Below are positions 7,776 to 18,528 of a DNA stretch of 32,000 nucleotides, in pieces (position 1 is the first letter of the stretch; each line of letters begins with the position of its first letter). The DNA comes from Aliivibrio fischeri ES114 (GTDB lineage Bacteria; Pseudomonadota; Gammaproteobacteria; Enterobacterales; Vibrionaceae): assembly GCF_000011805.1 (NCBI RefSeq), contig NC_006841.2; one strand, given 5' to 3'. A model generated the notes under the pieces. The model made no database searches. It saw only the letters and a list, made by a program, of their open reading frames with translations, and had not been told where the DNA came from. The translations under genes and the position numbers were made by a program.

Positions 7776-10073
7776 CTACATTTGTTCTGTAAATGTACGG
7801 CTAATTACGTCCTGCTGTTGCTCACGAGTTAGTGAGTTAAAGCGTACAGCATAACCTGATACTCGAATGGTTAATTGTGGGTATTTTTCTGGGTGTTCAA
7901 CAGCATCTAGCAATGTATCACGGTTTAATACGTTAACATTGAGATGTTGGCCACCTTCAATTCCCTCATTTGCGTTTGCGGCTTCGTGGTGGAAGTAACC
8001 ATCCATAAGTGCTGCAAGGTTTTGTTTTTGTGCATCTTCATCTTTGCCAAGTGCATTTGGCACAATAGAGAAAGTATAAGAAATACCATCTTTAGCGTAA
8101 GCAAATGGCAGTTTTGATACGGATGTTAGCGACGCTACTGCTCCGTTTTCATCTCGACCATGCATTGGGTTTGCACCCGGACCAAAAGGCATGCCTGCAC
8201 GACGGCCATCCGGTGTGTTACCTGTTTTCTTACCGTATACAACGTTTGATGTAATGGTAAGAATCGATTGTGTTGGAATAGCTTCACGGTACATGCTCAT
8301 TTTTTGAATTTTTTTCATGAAACGTTCAACAAGATCACAAGCAATGTCATCAACACGGTTATCATTATTACCAAATTTAGGGTAATCACCTTCAATGTTG
8401 AAATCGATAGCCACACCATCTTCATCACGAACTGGAGTTACTTTAGCGAATTTAATGGCTGCTAATGAATCAGCAACCACTGATAGACCTGCAATACCAC
8501 ATGCCATTGTTCGGCGAACATCGCGATCCATTAATGCCATTAATGATGCTTCGTAGCTGTAACGGTCGTGCGAATAGTGAATGATATTTAAAGCCGTCAC
8601 ATATTGTGTTGCTAACCAATCTAACATTGAATCAAAGCGTGGCATTAGACTGTCGAAATCAAGGACTTCGTCGCTTACTTTGTCTACTTGTGGGCCAACT
8701 TGTGCTTTTGATTTTTCATCAATACCACCATTGATGGTGTAAAGCAGAGCTTTTGCTAGGTTGGCACGAGCACCAAAAAATTGCATGTGTTTACCAACGA
8801 CTTGTGGGCTTACACAACACGCAATGGCATAGTCATCGTTATCGAAATCAGGACGCATTAAGTCATCGTTTTCGTATTGTACTGATGAGGTATCAATTGA
8901 CACTTTCGCTGCGTATTTCTTAAAGGCAATTGGTAGTTGTTCTGACCAAAGGATTGTCATGTTTGGCTCTGGTGCTGGGCCCATTGTGTGCAATGTGTGT
9001 AGATAACGGAATGTTGTCTTAGTCACTAATGTACGGCCATCAACCCCCATACCAGCCATGGCTTCTGTTGCCCAGATTGGGTCGCCAGAGAAAAGTGAAT
9101 CGTATTCTGGTGTACGTAAGAAACGTACCATACGTAACTTCATGATGAAGTGGTCAATCATCTCTTGTGCTTGTTCTTCGGTAATTAAACCGTTGGCAAT
9201 ATCACGTTCAACATAAACATCAAGGAAGGTTGATGTACGGCCTAGTGACATTGCGGCACCGTTTTGAGATTTAACGGCAGCAAGGTAACCAAAATATGTA
9301 AATTGAATGGCTTCTTGAGCTGTTTTAGCTGGTAGAGACATATCAATACCGTATTTTAGGCCCATTTGACGAATGTCTTCTAGTGCTTGAACTTGGTCTG
9401 CTAGCTCTTCACGAAGTCGCATGGTTTTTTCAAGATCTTGGCCTTGTTCAAGGAAAGCTTGAGTTGAGTTGTATTGCTCTTTTTTATCGGCTTTTAAGAA
9501 ATCAATACCGTAAAGTGCTAAACGACGATAGTCACCAATGATACGACCACGGCCATAAGCATCAGGAAGGCCCGTGATGATGCCTGATTTACGACATGCG
9601 AGGATCTCTTTAGTATAAAGATCGAAACATGCTTTGTTGTGTGTTTTGCGATATTCAGTGAATATCTTCTCAACGTTTTTATCTAACTCACGACCATAAA
9701 CTTCGCATGAGTTTTTCACCATACGAATACCGCCGTTAGCGATAATAGAGCGTTTTAGGGGTTTGTCGGTTTGTAGACCAACGATTTTTTCTAGATCTTT
9801 ATTGATGTAACCAGCGTCATGAGAAATGATTGTTGAAGGTAGGTCGGTATCGAAATCAACAGGAGCGTGAGTTCGGCTCTCTTGTTTGATGCCTTCTAAT
9901 ACGCTATTCCATAATGTAGTGGTTGATTCTGTTGCTTCTACAAGGAAGGATTCATCTCCTTCATATGGAGTGTAGTTTGTTTGAATAAAATCACGAGTGT
10001 TTACGCTCGTTTGCCATTCGCCATTAGTAAAGCCACGCCATGCTTCTATCATACCAGTTGTTGGAATAGTCAT
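7776..10073 (-). CDS. pflB: formate C-acetyltransferase (pyruvate formate-lyase)
   Basis: 765 aa. Contains catalytic Cys pair [11 protein letters not shown] and C-terminal glycyl-radical motif [25 protein letters not shown]. Full-length similarity to E. coli PflB recognised. AGGTAAG upstream of ATG. Confidence 0.97.
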   Translation of the reverse strand: MTIPTTGMIEAWRGFTNGEWQTSVNTRDFIQTNYTPYEGDESFLVEATESTTTLWNSVLEGIKQESRTHAPVDFDTDLPSTIISHDAGYINKDLEKIVGLQTDKPLKRSIIANGGIRMVKNSCEVYGRELDKNVEKIFTEYRKTHNKACFDLYTKEILACRKSGIITGLPDAYGRGRIIGDYRRLALYGIDFLKADKKEQYNSTQAFLEQGQDLEKTMRLREELADQVQALEDIRQMGLKYGIDMSLPAKTAQEAIQFTYFGYLAAVKSQNGAAMSLGRTSTFLDVYVERDIANGLITEEQAQEMIDHFIMKLRMVRFLRTPEYDSLFSGDPIWATEAMAGMGVDGRTLVTKTTFRYLHTLHTMGPAPEPNMTILWSEQLPIAFKKYAAKVSIDTSSVQYENDDLMRPDFDNDDYAIACCVSPQVVGKHMQFFGARANLAKALLYTINGGIDEKSKAQVGPQVDKVSDEVLDFDSLMPRFDSMLDWLATQYVTALNIIHYSHDRYSYEASLMALMDRDVRRTMACGIAGLSVVADSLAAIKFAKVTPVRDEDGVAIDFNIEGDYPKFGNNDNRVDDIACDLVERFMKKIQKMSMYREAIPTQSILTITSNVVYGKKTGNTPDGRRAGMPFGPGANPMHGRDENGAVASLTSVSKLPFAYAKDGISYTFSIVPNALGKDEDAQKQNLAALMDGYFHHEAANANEGIEGGQHLNVNVLNRDTLLDAVEHPEKYPQLTIRVSGYAVRFNSLTREQQQDVISRTFTEQM

Positions 10074-10599
10074 AATGCTTACCTATCTTTAATTATTTGT
10101 TTTTCAATCAGTTTGTAGAATCGTATTTTTGAATTAGGATGTTCAATAACCCGTAATAACAAACTGTTTTCTTTAAATCGATACTATTCCTATCAGCTGT
10201 ATGAGTAAAATGAATGCTTTTCATTTTTTAAATGCATTATATGCATATATTAAGTTTTAATATTCTTTGTCGTTAGTCTGGTGAGTGAAATTTTTTATTT
10301 TCACTGTTGATTAATTGTTTGAATGCATCTGTTTCGTGAATGCTTTTTGTTGGGGGTATTTGCTTAACATTTGGAATTCGATATCTAGATTTATTTCTTT
10401 ATTTACAATAAGTTACAAAAAATAATATTGTGTGATTTGAATTCCATTTTATTGCAGTAAAAATCGTTTTTATAAATTCTTTCCATTACATTTCAGCGCC
10501 TGCCCAATCATGTCAAATTATCAAAAATAGGCGACCAAACTTATTGAAAGACTGTGCAGAACAAAAAACATAATAATAGCTGTATTTAAAGGTGAAGTA

Positions 10600-12078
10600 A
10601 TGAACAAAAGCTCAACGAAAACGCTGATTGCGTTATCTATGATGGCGGTAAGCTCAGGCGTATCGGCACATGGTTATGTATCTGAAACTAATGATGGTAT
10701 TGCTGGCTCTCGTGCTGCGCTGTGTAAATTCCCAACATCAGATACTCAAGAAAAAAACCGCGACTGTGGTGCTGTTCAATGGGAACCACAAAGTGTTGAA
10801 GGCCCTGAAGGTTTCCCTGAGAAAGGTCCTGCTGATGGTCAAATCGCAGGTGCTGGCCTGGTTCAATTTTCTGAATTAAACGAACAAACAGCTGATCGTT
10901 GGGTTAAACGTCCAATTACTGCTGGCGCACAAACGTTTGAATGGACGTTTACAGCAAACCACGTAACAAGAACGTGGAAGTACTACATGACAAAACAGAA
11001 CTGGAATCCAAATGCGGTATTAACACGTGATTCATTTGATCTAACTCCGTTCTGTGAACTTGAATACAACATGGAAAAACCGCCTCTATACCCAAATACG
11101 TTCTCACACGAATGTATTGTTCCTGAGCGTGAAGGTTACCAAGTTATTCTTGCTGTTTGGGATGTGGGTGATACTGCAGCTGCATTCTATAACGTAATCG
11201 ACGTTAAGTTTGACGGTAATGGTGGCGTGGTTGACCCAACTTGGTCTCAAGGTGGTCAAATTAACCCAACTCGTGATTTAAACGTGGGTGATCGTGTATT
11301 TACTCGTGTGTTTGATACATCTGGCGAAAATGCATCTCTTTCTACTGAATTAGTGATTGAGAATGAAACGCAAGGTCAAGCAAATAACTGGACACATGCG
11401 TTAGCAACAAAGATCAATAAAGAGCAGCAAAATATTGGTGCTGGTCAACTAAATGATAAAGGTGAATTTTCACCTCAATACGGTTCTAACCCTGTTTACC
11501 TGAAAGCGGGAAGTGGTCTAAAGAGCGTTGAAATTGGTTATCAATTAGAAACGGTTGAACCTGTTTATCATCTAGATATTGAAGGTTTGGCATCTGAATA
11601 CACAATTGGTGATTCAGCGACAGAATTAGATTTAAGCCTATATGCAACAGGTGACATGAATGTTGAGCTAACGGTTTATAACCACGGTAAAGAAGCGCTA
11701 GCAAACACGAATGTAACGTTAAAAGATGGCGAAGCAAAATCAGTAGTAATGGCACTATCTAAGTCTGAGAAAGGTCATCACATGTTGGTTTCTCGCATCA
11801 AAAACATGGATGGTGAGTTAATCAAACAAGATATGTCTGATTTCCACTTAGTTGAAGAAGCGGTAACGCCTCCACCATCAGGTGATTTTGACTTTGTATT
11901 CCCAGAAGGTGTGAAGGGTTATAAAGCAGGTACGAAAGTATTAGCAGAAGATGGCAATGTTTACCAATGTAAAGAATTTCCATACTCTGGTTACTGTGTA
12001 CAATGGACTGAAACAGCAACTAACTTTGCACCAGGTGTAGGCTCTGATTGGTCTATGGCTTGGGATAAAGTAAATTAA
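10600..12078 (+). CDS. gbpA: GlcNAc/chitin-binding protein A, AA10 lytic polysaccharide monooxygenase
   Basis: 492 aa. Signal peptide ending ...VSA followed by [19 protein letters not shown] (copper-binding N-terminal His expected after cleavage). Includes [19 protein letters not shown] and a C-terminal chitin-binding module ([26 protein letters not shown]). Confidence 0.95.
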   Translation: MNKSSTKTLIALSMMAVSSGVSAHGYVSETNDGIAGSRAALCKFPTSDTQEKNRDCGAVQWEPQSVEGPEGFPEKGPADGQIAGAGLVQFSELNEQTADRWVKRPITAGAQTFEWTFTANHVTRTWKYYMTKQNWNPNAVLTRDSFDLTPFCELEYNMEKPPLYPNTFSHECIVPEREGYQVILAVWDVGDTAAAFYNVIDVKFDGNGGVVDPTWSQGGQINPTRDLNVGDRVFTRVFDTSGENASLSTELVIENETQGQANNWTHALATKINKEQQNIGAGQLNDKGEFSPQYGSNPVYLKAGSGLKSVEIGYQLETVEPVYHLDIEGLASEYTIGDSATELDLSLYATGDMNVELTVYNHGKEALANTNVTLKDGEAKSVVMALSKSEKGHHMLVSRIKNMDGELIKQDMSDFHLVEEAVTPPPSGDFDFVFPEGVKGYKAGTKVLAEDGNVYQCKEFPYSGYCVQWTETATNFAPGVGSDWSMAWDKVN

Positions 12079-12116
12079 TATTGCTTATTAGATTATAGCG
12101 ATAAAAAATAATAAGA

Positions 12117-12149
12117 GAGCCTTCAATATATAAAATGAAGGCTCTTTTT
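12117..12149 (+). terminator. rho-independent terminator of gbpA
   Basis: agagccttca-atatataaaa-tgaaggctctttttat. Confidence 0.85.
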
Positions 12150-12193
12150 ATTTATAGTTTATATATAATTAATAAGATTATCTTATTTATAAA

Positions 12194-13132
12194 TTAAATA
12201 CCTTGGTCATCCATTGAGAACGTAAATTTAGCTTCATCATCCCACGTAGCTGGTAGGTCTAATTTAACAACCGGCTTTATTAAACCATACATATTATAGA
12301 AATCTTGTTGGTAAGATCTCGCCTCATTTAATCCTTCTTGACCCGTTATATCAATATAGAAGAAAGCTTGAACTGGTGTTTGTCGACCTAAACTTTTATC
12401 CCATGTTTTAATGCGGATTTCATTTTGCTTGTTATGAGTCTGCCCACTCACATCACGCATTGCTTGTAGCCCTTGATAAAAGTTAGATGCAACAAACTCA
12501 GTAGCATTAGGGTAGTAATATTGAATGTTAAAACCACATTGATGATGATCGCGATTATCACCATTACTTGATGTTGAATTGTAGTGGTTTACCCATTGAC
12601 CTTCAGTATAAATACCTTGTGCATTACACTCACCACTGCTTGATTGGTATGACGTGTGAGCGCCACATCCTGCATCACCACGTCGGTTTGTATCTGCATC
12701 TACAGGGAAAAAGCAAAGATATTCAAGATCTAAGGCACTACCAACTAACTCAAACGTTGGATAAATGGTAAAACCACTTTTGTATCCATAAGCTAGGCGT
12801 GAGAACTTAGCATCAGTACGAAGATATGAGAAAGAAACACCGCCACTTTTTTCTGATGATGGGCTCGGCTCCCATACATGGTAATTACCCGGTTGAGTGC
12901 CTCGTAATGTGACCCCACTACATAGATAAGAAGAACGATGCGAAGCGCCGCAATTGGCTCTTGTATCGTAATAATTTTCCATTAGGTTCTTAACCACTTT
13001 ATTACCTAATTCAGGCGTAACAACAGAATAACCAGGTGGCTTTGTTGGTGGTTGGGGCGGTGGTGGCTTAGCAAAAGCGAAAGCATTGGCACTGCTTATT
13101 ATTATAAAAGATGTTAATACCAACTTAAACAT
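12194..13132 (-). CDS. secreted halovibrin (HvnA/HvnB)-like protein
   Basis: 312 aa with signal peptide (MFKLVLTSFIIISSANAFA) and a Pro-rich linker. The block SSYLCSGVTLRGTQPGNYHVWEPSPSSEKSGGVSFSYLRTDAKFSRLAYGYKSGFTIYP is recalled as characteristic of halovibrin-annotated proteins. Eight or more Cys in the mature part. Confidence 0.6.
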   Translation of the reverse strand: MFKLVLTSFIIISSANAFAFAKPPPPQPPTKPPGYSVVTPELGNKVVKNLMENYYDTRANCGASHRSSYLCSGVTLRGTQPGNYHVWEPSPSSEKSGGVSFSYLRTDAKFSRLAYGYKSGFTIYPTFELVGSALDLEYLCFFPVDADTNRRGDAGCGAHTSYQSSSGECNAQGIYTEGQWVNHYNSTSSNGDNRDHHQCGFNIQYYYPNATEFVASNFYQGLQAMRDVSGQTHNKQNEIRIKTWDKSLGRQTPVQAFFYIDITGQEGLNEARSYQQDFYNMYGLIKPVVKLDLPATWDDEAKFTFSMDDQGI

Positions 13133-13444
13133 AATTCATTCCTTTTAATTGTTTTATCATTAAAATAATATTGATTATTTTTAATAATCGAAATGAATTC
13201 TAAATTGTTATTTGAATATAAACTACGTCACAAAATTTACTATATTTGTTTTTTTTGACCTAGTCTGCGAAGAATATAAGTTAAAAAATAAAATAAATTA
13301 CTTAGAATAAGTTAAATAAAGTTTATCTCATTAAAATATTATTTTACTGAATATAGAATTATTAAATTCAGTAATGAATCGAGGTTATTGATTGAGTAGA
13401 AGTAAAAGAGAGGTACAATAGTCTTATGATTATGGCGTTGAATA

Positions 13445-13945
13445 TTGCATAAAATGAATAAATTAAAGTACCTTCAAGGGTATCCTGAACATATTTTGGC
13501 GCAAGTTGCTCCAATGGTTGAGAATGGCAAGTTAGCTGAGTGGGTGAAAAAGAAGTACCCTACGATGCATGATATTACGTCTGAAAAGGCGTTGTTTGAT
13601 TATACTCAAGCATTGAAAAACAAATACATAAAGAAGTCATCGCCGTTAAGTAAAGTGGTATATGACCCAAAAATCCATGTTGTAAACAATGCATTAGGTC
13701 TACATACATTTGTTTCTCGTATTCATGGTAATAAACTGAAAGCAAAAAATGAAATTCGTATTTCAAGTGTGTTTCGAAAAGCACCGGAGCCCTTGTTGCG
13801 TATGCTCGTGGTACATGAATTAGCTCATATTAAAGAGAAAGAGCACAATAAGGCATTTTATGCTCTTTGTTGTCATATGGAGCCTGAATACCATCAACTT
13901 GAGTTTGATGCGCGGTTGTATTTAACTTACTTAGAGACACTGTGA
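13445..13945 (+). CDS. YgjP/DUF45-like metal-dependent hydrolase
   Basis: 166 aa with VVHELAHIKEKEHNKAFYALCCHMEPEYHQLEFDARLYL: HExxH plus a downstream H/E zinc-metallohydrolase layout of the YgjP family. Confidence 0.8.
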   Translation: MHKMNKLKYLQGYPEHILAQVAPMVENGKLAEWVKKKYPTMHDITSEKALFDYTQALKNKYIKKSSPLSKVVYDPKIHVVNNALGLHTFVSRIHGNKLKAKNEIRISSVFRKAPEPLLRMLVVHELAHIKEKEHNKAFYALCCHMEPEYHQLEFDARLYLTYLETL

Positions 13946-13975
13946 GAGCGAAATATCTACATTTGAAATAGTTAC

Positions 13976-14293
13976 TTAGTGAGGATCTATTCCGTTATCT
14001 CTGCGTTCTGTTTCACACTCATAAGAGGCCATTTCAAATTCTCTGCAAATCCATGGACGGTTTTCATAGATGGTGCACATCAGTGTGTCGCGATCAACTG
14101 CAGCACACCAACCATCATCTAATCTTTTCATTATTTCACCACCCCATTGATCTTTCTCAATGAGTTCTTTTGGTACACCAGTGTCGGTAATGAGCATTAC
14201 TTCTAAACGGCAGCAGCATGCACGACAATTAGAACAGGTAATGTTAGAGGAACTATGTGTGTCAGAAGGCAACTCTATGATATCAATACTCAC
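13976..14293 (-). CDS. YkgJ-family cysteine cluster protein
   Basis: 105 aa with CSNCRACCCRLEV...W...CTIYENRPWICREF, typical of the YkgJ CxxCxxCC / CxIYxxRPxxCR pattern. Confidence 0.8.
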   Translation of the reverse strand: MSIDIIELPSDTHSSSNITCSNCRACCCRLEVMLITDTGVPKELIEKDQWGGEIMKRLDDGWCAAVDRDTLMCTIYENRPWICREFEMASYECETERRDNGIDPH

Positions 14294-14593
14294 TGGTGCT
14301 CCAGTTAATGTGTTTTTTATTAATATTCACAGGGTACGCTACTTTTTAGAAAGTCTCGATAATTTATTAAAAAAATAGAATATCTTGAGATGCCAAGTCG
14401 TGATCTGGGTCAATGAGGTTTTCATAGGGTAGAACCTTAAATGTAGTTCAATTGACAATATTAGTGATAGTCTTTTTTTGAAAAAAAATCACAAACATTA
14501 CTCAGCTCACATTCTCGAATGAATAGGTTTAACATCATTAATCTCCTTTGCTAAACATACACCTGAAAGGTATGGATTTAGGAGGTTATTATT

Positions 14594-14788
14594 ATGTCTA
14601 TTAATTCAATTGATCACGGTGAAATCACCGATATGAAAGGCAAGTACGAAGTAAGTGATGAAGTGGTAACAGATATTACAGAGTGTCAAAGAAAAGCAGC
14701 TGCACGTCGTCGTATTGAGGCGATGCGTGAGATTAGAGAAAGCGGACTTACGCTTGAAGAAGCAAAAGAATTAGGTCTTATCCATTAG
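14594..14788 (+). CDS. small conserved protein, resembles the PA3496 family
   Basis: 64 aa ORF with AGGAGG-type sequence (taggaggtt) upstream of ATG and a basic RRRIEAMREIRESGLTLEEAKE helix. Confidence 0.6.
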   Translation: MSINSIDHGEITDMKGKYEVSDEVVTDITECQRKAAARRRIEAMREIRESGLTLEEAKELGLIH

Positions 14789-14826
14789 TTTTTGATTTCT
14801 ACCTTCATACCTTTAAATATTTATAG

Positions 14827-14853
14827 ATGCGCCAGAGCTGGCGCATTTTTGTT
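14827..14853 (+). terminator. rho-independent terminator
   Basis: atgcgcca-gagc-tggcgcatttttgttttt. Confidence 0.8.
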
Positions 14854-14854
14854 T

Positions 14855-15241
14855 TTAGCAACCGCTAGTTTCAAGCTTATTGCTTGATACAGAGCTAGAT
14901 TGACTTTCTTGATTGTACATAAAGTAGCAATCCGCGCTTTTAATGTTCTCAGCTGAATCTGCAAATCCGATATACAGTTGCTGTTGACCATCCACTTCTT
15001 GAATTGAAACGAGCAGGTTATCTTCAGGTTTTATCAATCTAATTATTGAATTGTTATCAAGTGGGTCATCACTTGCAATTTGGTTAGCATGCTCAACAGA
15101 AGTTTTAATGTTACCTAATACTCTTTGTTTCGCCTTGCTTTCAATGTTTGAGAAGAAAGGCTTAGCTGCAAAACCGAGTGCACCTAAAATCATGACTGCA
15201 ACGATCAACTCTTTTTGGCGGAATTTTTTATTACTTTTCAT
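14855..15241 (-). CDS. hypothetical protein with N-terminal transmembrane segment, loosely pilin-like
   Basis: 128 aa with a KELIVAVMILGALGFAAKPFFSNIESKAK hydrophobic N-terminus and two C-terminal Cys (SADCYFMY...ETSGC). Confidence 0.6.
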   Translation of the reverse strand: MKSNKKFRQKELIVAVMILGALGFAAKPFFSNIESKAKQRVLGNIKTSVEHANQIASDDPLDNNSIIRLIKPEDNLLVSIQEVDGQQQLYIGFADSAENIKSADCYFMYNQESQSSSVSSNKLETSGC

Positions 15242-15616
15242 TTTGAGTTACTCACTGAACCATACACTTCATGGTGTGCCGTTTTGACTATTTAACGGAC
15301 TATTTTCACGAAGGAGCTTTAATATGAGCTCTCGTTTCTAAATTGTATTTCATAGAAACAGAGCGAATCGATCTATTCTATAGTAATAATTGATAATTAA
15401 CACATTAGCAATGTAACACTTTTGAGAAAAAATGGGTGCAATATCAAATTAATCTAGAGTCTGTCTTCAATAGTGAGATGTTCGATAAATGATAAGAGGG
15501 AGATATATCCAGTAAACCTATGATTTTTAATTTAGAATGCGGTGTTATTTTTTATTGCTAGAAAATTTGGTGGCGAAGCATTAGAATTTGGGCGTGATTA
15601 ATTAAATGAGCTTGTT

Positions 15617-15817
15617 ATGAATAACCTTTCGCTATTACCTCCTGAAGAAAAAAATAAAATCGAACTCGATAAACAAGCTGCGTTCTTTGTTTGGAAGGTA
15701 AAAAATGCAAAAGCAGGTCCTGAACTCTGGACTATAGAAGCAGAAAAGCTAGAAGATGAGACAGAACGTCTGTTTTTTCAGCAATCTATCGAAAAATATA
15801 AAACAAAATGGGCGTAG
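15617..15817 (+). CDS. small hypothetical protein
   Basis: 66 aa ORF of reasonable composition, no recognised domain; located directly upstream of the yebC/yeeN paralog. Confidence 0.5.
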   Translation: MNNLSLLPPEEKNKIELDKQAAFFVWKVKNAKAGPELWTIEAEKLEDETERLFFQQSIEKYKTKWA

Positions 15818-15912
15818 CGTAAGGTTCCTTGATCTTTACTAGCGTACCCCCTGAGTATTTTGGTAGAATCCTGTCCATAATTTTAAGTCAACAAACATAA
15901 GAGAGAATCCCG

Positions 15913-16635
15913 ATGGGAAGAAGTTTTGAAGTGCGCAAGGCCTCAATGGCTAAAACACAGGGCGCAAAAATCAAAGTTTATTCTAAATACGGTAAAGAAA
16001 TTTACATGTGTGCTAAGAATGGCGGTGCAGATCCAGACATGAACTTGTCTCTAAAACACCTTATTTCAAAAGCGAAAAAGGACCAAGTTCCTGCACACGT
16101 AATTGACAAAGCCCTTGATAAAGCAACTGGCGGTGGTGGTGAAGATTACCAACACGCACGCTACGAAGGCTTTGCACCAGGCGGCGCAAGCGTAATCGTT
16201 GACTGTCTAACTGACAATGGTAACCGTACTTTCCAAGATGTTCGCCAATGTTTCGTTAAAACTGGCGCTAAAATTGGTAGCCCAGGCACAAGTGCTCACA
16301 TGTTCGATCACCAAGCTGTATTCCAGTTTAAAGGCGACGACGAAGAAGCAGTACTTGAAGCTCTAATGATGCAAGATGCTGACGTTACTGACATTGAACT
16401 TGAAGATGGCGTAATCACAGTATTTGCACCAAACACTGAGTTCTTTAAAGTAAAAACTGCTTTAGCTGCAGAATACCCAGACTTAGTTCTAGATGTCGAA
16501 GAGATCACTTTTGTTCCTCAAAACCACACACCAGTAACTGGTGAAGATGCTGAGAAATTCCAAAAATTCTTAGACATGCTAGATGATTGTGATGATGTTC
16601 AACAGGTTTATCACAACGCAGAATTAGAAGACTAA
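15913..16635 (+). CDS. yeeN: YebC/PmpR-family transcriptional/translational regulator, YeeN-type paralog
   Basis: 240 aa: [44 protein letters not shown]...[26 protein letters not shown]...LGSPGT-like region and C-terminal [10 protein letters not shown]. Confidence 0.92.
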
Positions 16636-16660
16636 TCAGTCCTTTAATTTTCAAAATGAT

Positions 16661-16693
16661 AAAAGCCGAGCCTATGTTGCTCGGCTTTTTCTT
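16661..16693 (+). terminator. rho-independent terminator
   Basis: aaaagccgagc-ctatgtt-gctcggctttttcttttt. Confidence 0.85.
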
Positions 16694-16789
16694 TTTAATA
16701 ATGGCTTTAGGATTGAGTAATCTCTAACTTACTGTATCCTACAGCGCTCGCAGTTTTGCGCATAATATTTATATAGAGATAATGATTGT

Positions 16790-18292
16790 ATGGGTTTTAC
16801 CTCTCTGGGCTTATCTGCCCCTATTTTAAAAGCTGTAGAAGAACAAGGTTATAGCACGCCTTCACCAATTCAATTACAAGCAATTCCAGCAGTAATTGAA
16901 GGCAAGGATGTTATGGCTGCTGCACAGACAGGGACAGGTAAAACAGCAGGTTTCACATTACCTCTATTGGAGCGTTTATCGAACGGTCCAAAGCGTAAGT
17001 TTAATCAAGTTCGTGCGTTAGTATTAACGCCTACACGTGAGTTAGCTGCGCAAGTACACGAAAGTGTTGAGAAGTATAGTAAGAACCTACCACTGACTTC
17101 TGATGTGGTTTTTGGTGGCGTAAAAGTGAATCCACAAATGCAGCGTTTGCGTCGTGGTGTGGACGTTTTGGTAGCAACACCGGGTCGTTTACTGGATCTT
17201 GCCAATCAAAATGCGATTAAGTTTGATCAATTAGAAATTCTTGTTTTGGATGAAGCTGACCGTATGTTAGATATGGGCTTTATTCATGATATTAAAAAAA
17301 TCTTAGCTAAGCTTCCTAAAAACCGTCAAAATTTGCTTTTTTCTGCAACGTTTTCAGATGAGATCCGTCAATTAGCAAAAGGGCTAGTGAAAGATCCTGT
17401 TGAGATTTCAGTAGCTAAACGTAACACAACGGCTGAAACAGTAGAGCAATCAGTTTATGTAATGGATAAAGGCCGTAAACCTAAAGTACTTACTAAACTG
17501 ATTAAAGATAATGATTGGAAGCAAGTTTTAGTCTTTAGTAAAACTAAGCATGGTGCAAACCGTCTTGCAAAAACACTAGAAGAGAAGGGTGTAAGTGCTG
17601 CAGCAATTCATGGTAATAAGAGCCAAGGTGCGCGTACTAAAGCATTAGCAAACTTTAAGAGTGGTCAAGTACGAGTACTTGTAGCGACGGATATTGCAGC
17701 GCGTGGCTTGGATATCGAGCAATTGCCTCAAGTTATTAACGTTGATTTACCAAAAGTACCTGAAGATTATGTTCACCGTATTGGTCGTACAGGTCGTGCT
17801 GGTGCAACGGGTAAAGCCATTTCTTTTGTGAGCGAAGATGAAGCGAAAGAATTGTTTGCTATTGAACGTTTGATTCAAAAAGTACTGCCTCGCCATGTGT
17901 TAGAAGGTTTCGAGCCAGTTAATAAAGTACCAGAATCAAAACTGGATACTCGCCCGATCAAACCGAAAAAACCTAAGAAGCCAAAAGCACCAAGAGTTGA
18001 ACATAAAGATGGTCAGCGTTCAGGTGAAAATCGCAATGGCAACAAACAAGGCGCAAAACAAGGTCAAAAGCCAGCGACAAAACGTACTCCTACAAATAAT
18101 CCATCAGGTAAAAAAGAAGGTACGGATTCGGATAAAAAAAAGCGTCCATTTTCTGGTAAACCTAAAACTAAAGGAACTGGCGAAAATCGCGGTAATGGCA
18201 GTAACTTTGGTAAATCAAAATCTACTCCAAAATCGGATGTAAAACCACGTCGTCAAGGTCCACGACCAGCACGTAAACCAAAAGCAAACTGA
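16790..18292 (+). CDS. rhlE: ATP-dependent RNA helicase RhlE (DEAD-box)
   Basis: 500 aa: [72 protein letters not shown]. Long basic, low-complexity C-terminal tail. Confidence 0.93.
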   Translation: MGFTSLGLSAPILKAVEEQGYSTPSPIQLQAIPAVIEGKDVMAAAQTGTGKTAGFTLPLLERLSNGPKRKFNQVRALVLTPTRELAAQVHESVEKYSKNLPLTSDVVFGGVKVNPQMQRLRRGVDVLVATPGRLLDLANQNAIKFDQLEILVLDEADRMLDMGFIHDIKKILAKLPKNRQNLLFSATFSDEIRQLAKGLVKDPVEISVAKRNTTAETVEQSVYVMDKGRKPKVLTKLIKDNDWKQVLVFSKTKHGANRLAKTLEEKGVSAAAIHGNKSQGARTKALANFKSGQVRVLVATDIAARGLDIEQLPQVINVDLPKVPEDYVHRIGRTGRAGATGKAISFVSEDEAKELFAIERLIQKVLPRHVLEGFEPVNKVPESKLDTRPIKPKKPKKPKAPRVEHKDGQRSGENRNGNKQGAKQGQKPATKRTPTNNPSGKKEGTDSDKKKRPFSGKPKTKGTGENRGNGSNFGKSKSTPKSDVKPRRQGPRPARKPKAN

Positions 18293-18320
18293 TCTTTTTT
18301 TGCTTATGTAAAAAAGTAAT

Positions 18321-18349
18321 AAAACCGGCAATTTTCGCCGGTTTTTTTA
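18321..18349 (+). terminator. rho-independent terminator
   Basis: aaaaccggc-aatttt-cgccggttttttt. Confidence 0.9.
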
Positions 18350-18528
18350 TAAGCTATATATCTCCTTACTTGAGAGGGTATTAGTTGTTAGATGTGAGTT
18401 ATCTTGGATGTGAGACGATGCCTTTTTATTGATACAGCTATCAAAAGCATTATGAAACCATGTGTCTGTTAATAAACTTGGTGTACCTTTGTGAGTATAA
18501 ATTAGTCAGATGAATGCTTTGAGGAATA

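Noticed and set aside
10081-10260. Possible FNR/CRP sites upstream of pflB
   Set aside because: Partial matches such as ttgtttttcaatc were seen but none is close enough to the TTGAT-N4-ATCAA or TGTGA-N6-TCACA consensus to call.
10670-12771. Short ORFs 10670-10879 (+), 11486-11755 (-), 11822-12019 (-) and 12568-12771 (+)
   Set aside because: Alternative-frame or antisense shadows within gbpA and the halovibrin-like gene.
17997-18242. + strand 81 aa ORF inside the end of rhlE
   Set aside because: Alternative frame through the Lys-rich low-complexity helicase tail; K/N-rich composition is a by-product.
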